A DNA stretch of 64,000 bases, taken from IMG/VR virus record IMGVR_UViG_3300030019_000026. The stretch is one strand, 5' to 3'. The notes below the pieces were generated by a model. That model did no database searches and had not been told where the DNA came from. It saw only the letters and a list, made by a program, of their open reading frames with translations. Every line of letters starts with the position of its first letter. Position 1 is the first letter of the stretch. The DNA is from a virus. The position numbers and the translations under genes are program-made. Shown in pieces: positions 60,041-64,000 of the stretch.

Positions 60041-60100
60041 AATAATTGGAATAATTAACTAAATCATGTTATAATCTTCTTATAAAGGGGTGATTGTAAC

Positions 60101-60652
60101 ATGAAAGAAAAATTATATCTTTATAAGAAGAAAATTATTTTAACCATACTTAGTATAATGATATGTATAAGTATTGGATTTGGTGGATTATATATTAAAA
60201 GTGTTAATAGTGTAAAAGATTACAAATCATTTTGCAATAGTTATTTTGAAATAGATAAAAATATTTCAAAGAATGAAGAAGCATATTTAATGTATGTTAA
60301 GGCGATAAAAAATTATGTAACCGTATTTACCAAATATGAAGGTCATGCGAAGCTTTCTGATGATAATAAAGTTAATATAGAAAAAGAAACTGAAGAGTAT
60401 AATGGTTATATTAATGAATTGAAAAAATTAAATCCACCACAAGAATTTAAAGATGATTATAAAAAACTAATAGACTTATATGATAAAGATAGTATTCGTA
60501 AAGAAAATATTAATAGAGATTTTACAAATAACAATGCAAATAATATTAAAGATGATTATTTGATCGATAATAAAGATTTAACTCAATTAAGAAATGATTT
60601 TCAAAGCAAAATAACTATAATATCAAAACAAAAAGACATAAAATTAAATTAA
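60101..60652 (+). CDS. Membrane-anchored hypothetical protein
   Basis: N-terminal TM segment, helical ectodomain; terminator at ~60660-60698. Confidence 0.6.
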   Translation: MKEKLYLYKKKIILTILSIMICISIGFGGLYIKSVNSVKDYKSFCNSYFEIDKNISKNEEAYLMYVKAIKNYVTVFTKYEGHAKLSDDNKVNIEKETEEYNGYINELKKLNPPQEFKDDYKKLIDLYDKDSIRKENINRDFTNNNANNIKDDYLIDNKDLTQLRNDFQSKITIISKQKDIKLN

Positions 60653-60720
60653 TAAAGCAAAAAAGAACAACATCTCACTATATTGTTGTTCTTTTTTTGT
60701 ATAATGAAGGAGATAATGTA

Positions 60721-61314
60721 ATGGGAATTAAATTAAAAGAAAAATACATAAAAAACAAATTAAAAGATAAGTTTGGAGAATTAGAAGTTTATAACCCACA
60801 ACATAACAATAAAATACTGATAGAATTAACAAAACTGATTGCTGATAATTCAAAAGAAATTCAATTAGATAATAAACAATCTGATATAGAAGTAATAAAT
60901 ACAATTAAAATTATGCGTTTTTTAATTATTAACTGTACAAATTTAGAAAATGAAGAATATTGGAATAATATTGATGATATTAGATTAGAAGAAATGTTAA
61001 ACTTTGCCGATGGTGATTTTAAAAAAGCAGTTAATTCATTATTAGATATAATGTTAGAAATAGGAAATGATGTTAGAATTCAAAGTATTAGAAAATTAGA
61101 TATTTTACAGAATAAATTAAATGAACTAGTTGAATCGGTAAAGGCTGATAATAATATTAATAAAACTTTAGCTAAGTTTGGATTGGATAAAGAGAAACTA
61201 ATTAAATTACAAAATGGTGATGAACACATTGCGAAAGAATTTCAAGAAAATATGATAAAAAGCATTGAAAGAGAAGTAAAACCCAAAAGACAATATAATA
61301 AAAAGAAAAAATAA
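60721..61314 (+). CDS. Putative tail assembly chaperone
   Basis: Immediately upstream of the tape measure gene; GAAGGAG SD before ATG 60721. Confidence 0.45.
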   Translation: MGIKLKEKYIKNKLKDKFGELEVYNPQHNNKILIELTKLIADNSKEIQLDNKQSDIEVINTIKIMRFLIINCTNLENEEYWNNIDDIRLEEMLNFADGDFKKAVNSLLDIMLEIGNDVRIQSIRKLDILQNKLNELVESVKADNNINKTLAKFGLDKEKLIKLQNGDEHIAKEFQENMIKSIEREVKPKRQYNKKKK

Positions 61315-61380
61315 TGGAGAGTGATTTTATTTATTGCTCTCTTTTTTATGTGTAAATATGAAAGGAGAGAATAATAAGAT

Positions 61381-64000
61381 ATGGCTGGTGAATATAAAAG
61401 TTCGATACGTCTTGGCGTTCAGTTAGAAAGTGAAAAAGATGTTAGTGGAAGATTACAAACTTTAATAAATACTTTACAAAAAGAAAAAATTAATTTAGAT
61501 ATAAATATTGCAAATTCAGATGTAGCTAAACAATTAGAAACTTTAACTACTTTAGCAAATAATTTTAAAAATAGTTTGGGTAGTAATGTTTCATTAGGTA
61601 ACGTGAATGAGATTATTAATCAAGTTACCTCTGCAATGGTTAGTATGAATGACCAAGTATTAAAGACATCAAGAGTTGATATAGGTGATGGAATAACCAA
61701 ACAATTAAAACAAACTGCTGAAGGTATTGGTGTAGTTAAAAGAGAATTACAATTATTAGATAAAGATGATAATAACACTTCTAAAATAAAACCTACAACT
61801 ACAACAGATTATAATAAAATAAGACAATCAATAGAAGATATAACAAAAGCACAAAAGCAATTAAATGCCTTAGAATCTAATGGATTTTCTGATATTAATA
61901 AGATTGCTTACTTAAAAACTATGCTAAGTAATCCAAATAGTATAGGTTCAGATAATGAATTAAAAGGTTATTTAAATCAAGTTAAAGAATTGTTAGCAAC
62001 TGAATCAAAAGTTATTGAATATTCAAATAAATTAAATTCTCTGAAGTCTAATATGACTAATTTAACCGATGAGAAATATTCAAATGTTTTAAATACACAA
62101 TCATTTGAACAAATAATTAATGAGATAAATAATGCTCAAAATGGATTGAAAAACTTCGATGGTATAAATTTAAACGGCTTAAAACAACAATTTGATGAGT
62201 TGAGTGGAACTGTTTCTAAGTTTAGCACTGAAACTATAAGTTCTCAAAAAGCAGAACAAGATAATATAAAACAAAGAGAAAAATTAGAATCAGATAGGAT
62301 ATCTCAAATTCAGAAAGAAATAGATTTAAGCAATAAATTAGTTGAAAATGAACAAAAGAGACAAGTAAAAGATGATTCAGCTAATTTAAAGCAATTAGAA
62401 CAAGAACAGACTCTGTTACAAAAACAAGCAGAAGCATACCAACATATAGACGCATTAAAATCAAACGGAATAGTAAATGAATCAGATATATCTAAACTTG
62501 AACAAATGGTTAAGAATTCTAAATCACTTCAAGATGTACGTAATGCAATTAATTCTATTATGAATACATCAATGATGAAAGAATCGTCTATTGTTACTAT
62601 GTCTAAACAATTAGATGATGCACAAATTAAATTGGATAAAATGAAGCAGAGTTTCGGAAATAAGTTGCCACAAGGCTTCGTAGAATCTACACAATCTGAA
62701 ATTAATAAATTAAAAGAAGATTTAACTAAAGTAGATAGTATGGGATTCAATGGTCTTAAAAATAGCTTGAATCAAGTTAATACTAATATGAAAGTAACCA
62801 CTAACGAAACTCAACAATTAGTTAATTCTTTGAAAGAAACTAACAATGGTTCATTCTTTAGTGGAATCTCTAATTTTTTAGGTAAAGTTGGTATTTTTTA
62901 TGGTGTTCAACAGGTAGTTCAAGAGATTAGTCAGCAGTTTAAAGATGCTAGTGAATATACTCAATCTTTAGATAAAAATGTGACAAATATTGAAATGATC
63001 ACCTCGAAGAGTAAGGAAGAAGTTATTGGATTAACTAATCAATTTAAGGAATTAGGTGCTCAATTACATATAACTAATCAAGAAATGTTAGCAGGGTCAG
63101 AAGAACTTTTAAGGGCAGGTTTTGACAATAACACTACCAATAAAATGCTGGAAGCAAGTTCGATGGCTAGTAAGATTTCAGGTCAAACTACACAGGCAAC
63201 AACAGAACAATTAATTGCAATTAAGAATTCTTTCAATATGACTGGCGACCAAATGCAACATGTAATTGATGTTATTTCTAAATTAGATAATTCTAGTGCT
63301 ACAAGTTTCGCTGAAATTTCTTCAGCAATTATGAGAACTAGTTTTAGTGCCCAACAAGCCGGAACAAGCTTTGATACGCTTTCAAGCTATGTAACTACAG
63401 TAAGTGAGAAGACTCGTAGATCGGCAGAGACTATTGGAGAAGCATTTAAGAGTATTTATAGCAGATTAATGATAAAAATAGTCTGCCTATACAGTAATGT
63501 ATAGATAAAAACTAGGTGAACCTGTAAATATAGGGTGTGCTATTAAATATAGTGCTAACGATGAAAGTCTAAGTTATTTAATAAAATAAATAATATGATA
63601 ATATCGTGCCAAGTCTAAGTAATTAGAAAGGTGTAACGACTAAATTGGATTAATAATCCTAAGAGGTTTGAGGTGAAATTCCTTATTCCGTAGTGCCTAG
63701 CCCTCATGTGAGGTGAAGAGATAGTCTACTCCCACTTTTTAATAAGTGTTAAAGTATAGTGAAAACTAGGGTAAAAAGGATTATAACATAAAGTTAGGGA
63801 ATATTGATGAGGATGGTAAAAACATAAATGACGTTGAGAAGGCAATGAATAACGTCGGTATTGCAATTCGTTCATCTAAGGGTGAGTTTAAGGATTTCGA
63901 TGAGGTTTTAAATGAATTTGTGAATAAATATAAAAAAGGAACAATGAGTCAAGTTGATTTCTTAGCTGGAATAAACACGCTCGGTGGTTCTAGACAGAAA
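61381..64000 (+). CDS. Tape measure protein (TP901-type), intron-split and running off the window; exons 61381-63466 and 63780 onward
   Basis: Coiled coil followed by LDNSSATSFAEISSAI...SAETIGEAFKSIYSR; splicing gives SR|YYNIKLGNIDEDG... Confidence 0.88.
63467..63779 (+). ncRNA. ORF-less group I intron 3 in the tape measure gene (313 nt)
   Basis: P1 GCAGAU/GUCUGC with U-G pair; GTGTAACGACTA (R) and AGAGATAGTCT (S); terminal G at 63779; frame restored. Confidence 0.9.

Larger units (their letters stand above)
1..64000. mobile_element. Segment of a large SPbeta/c-st-like temperate Clostridium phage (probable phage-plasmid)
   Basis: TubZRY, iteron origin, YonO-type RNAP, HU, YonK/YonJ-like genes, terminase, portal, capsid, tail and tape measure in SPbeta yon/yom-like order. 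No chromosomal housekeeping genes. Confidence 0.92.

Noticed and set aside
1627-62750. Many ORF-track entries antisense to or nested in longer genes (e.g. 9425-9703, 11411-11686, 11999-12244, 14887-15087, 17119-17349, 23893-24150, 44385-44837, 53094-53459, 62529-62750)
   Set aside because: They are shadow ORFs of AT-rich coding strands, with no SD or recognisable motifs, and they overlap well-supported genes.
61381-63504. Complete 707-aa tape measure protein
   Set aside because: The last 12 codons are intron sequence; the frame resumes at 63780.

Overview
The whole 64 kb window is part of one large, very AT-rich temperate clostridial phage of the SPbeta / c-st type, probably kept as a plasmid-like prophage. 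No host housekeeping genes, integrase, tRNA, rRNA or CRISPR array are visible. Left to right: a leftward helicase-like gene and small ORFs; a ~2 kb non-coding, strand-skewed region; a nuclease-like gene; a pilin-like / small membrane protein / VirB4-HerA-like ATPase cassette; a TubZ-TubR-tubS-TubY tubulin partition system; an iteron plus DnaA-box origin with a Rep protein; a YonO-type phage RNA polymerase; HU, PIN-PhoH, a metallophosphoesterase and ClpP; a terminase large subunit split by two ORF-less group I introns and frameshifted by a 4-bp duplication; portal, head and tail genes; an accessory island (antirepressor, cell-wall-binding protein, two putative type I toxin-antitoxin loci, a GNAT pair); and a tape measure gene split by a third group I intron. 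Six free-standing endonuclease-like genes are scattered through the window. The most striking unexplained signal is a structurally conserved but sequence-divergent three-way-junction RNA leader in front of each of three paralogous Zn-ribbon / PD-(D/E)xK endonuclease genes. All family calls come from recognised motifs and gene order, not database searches. All base-pairings were derived by eye.
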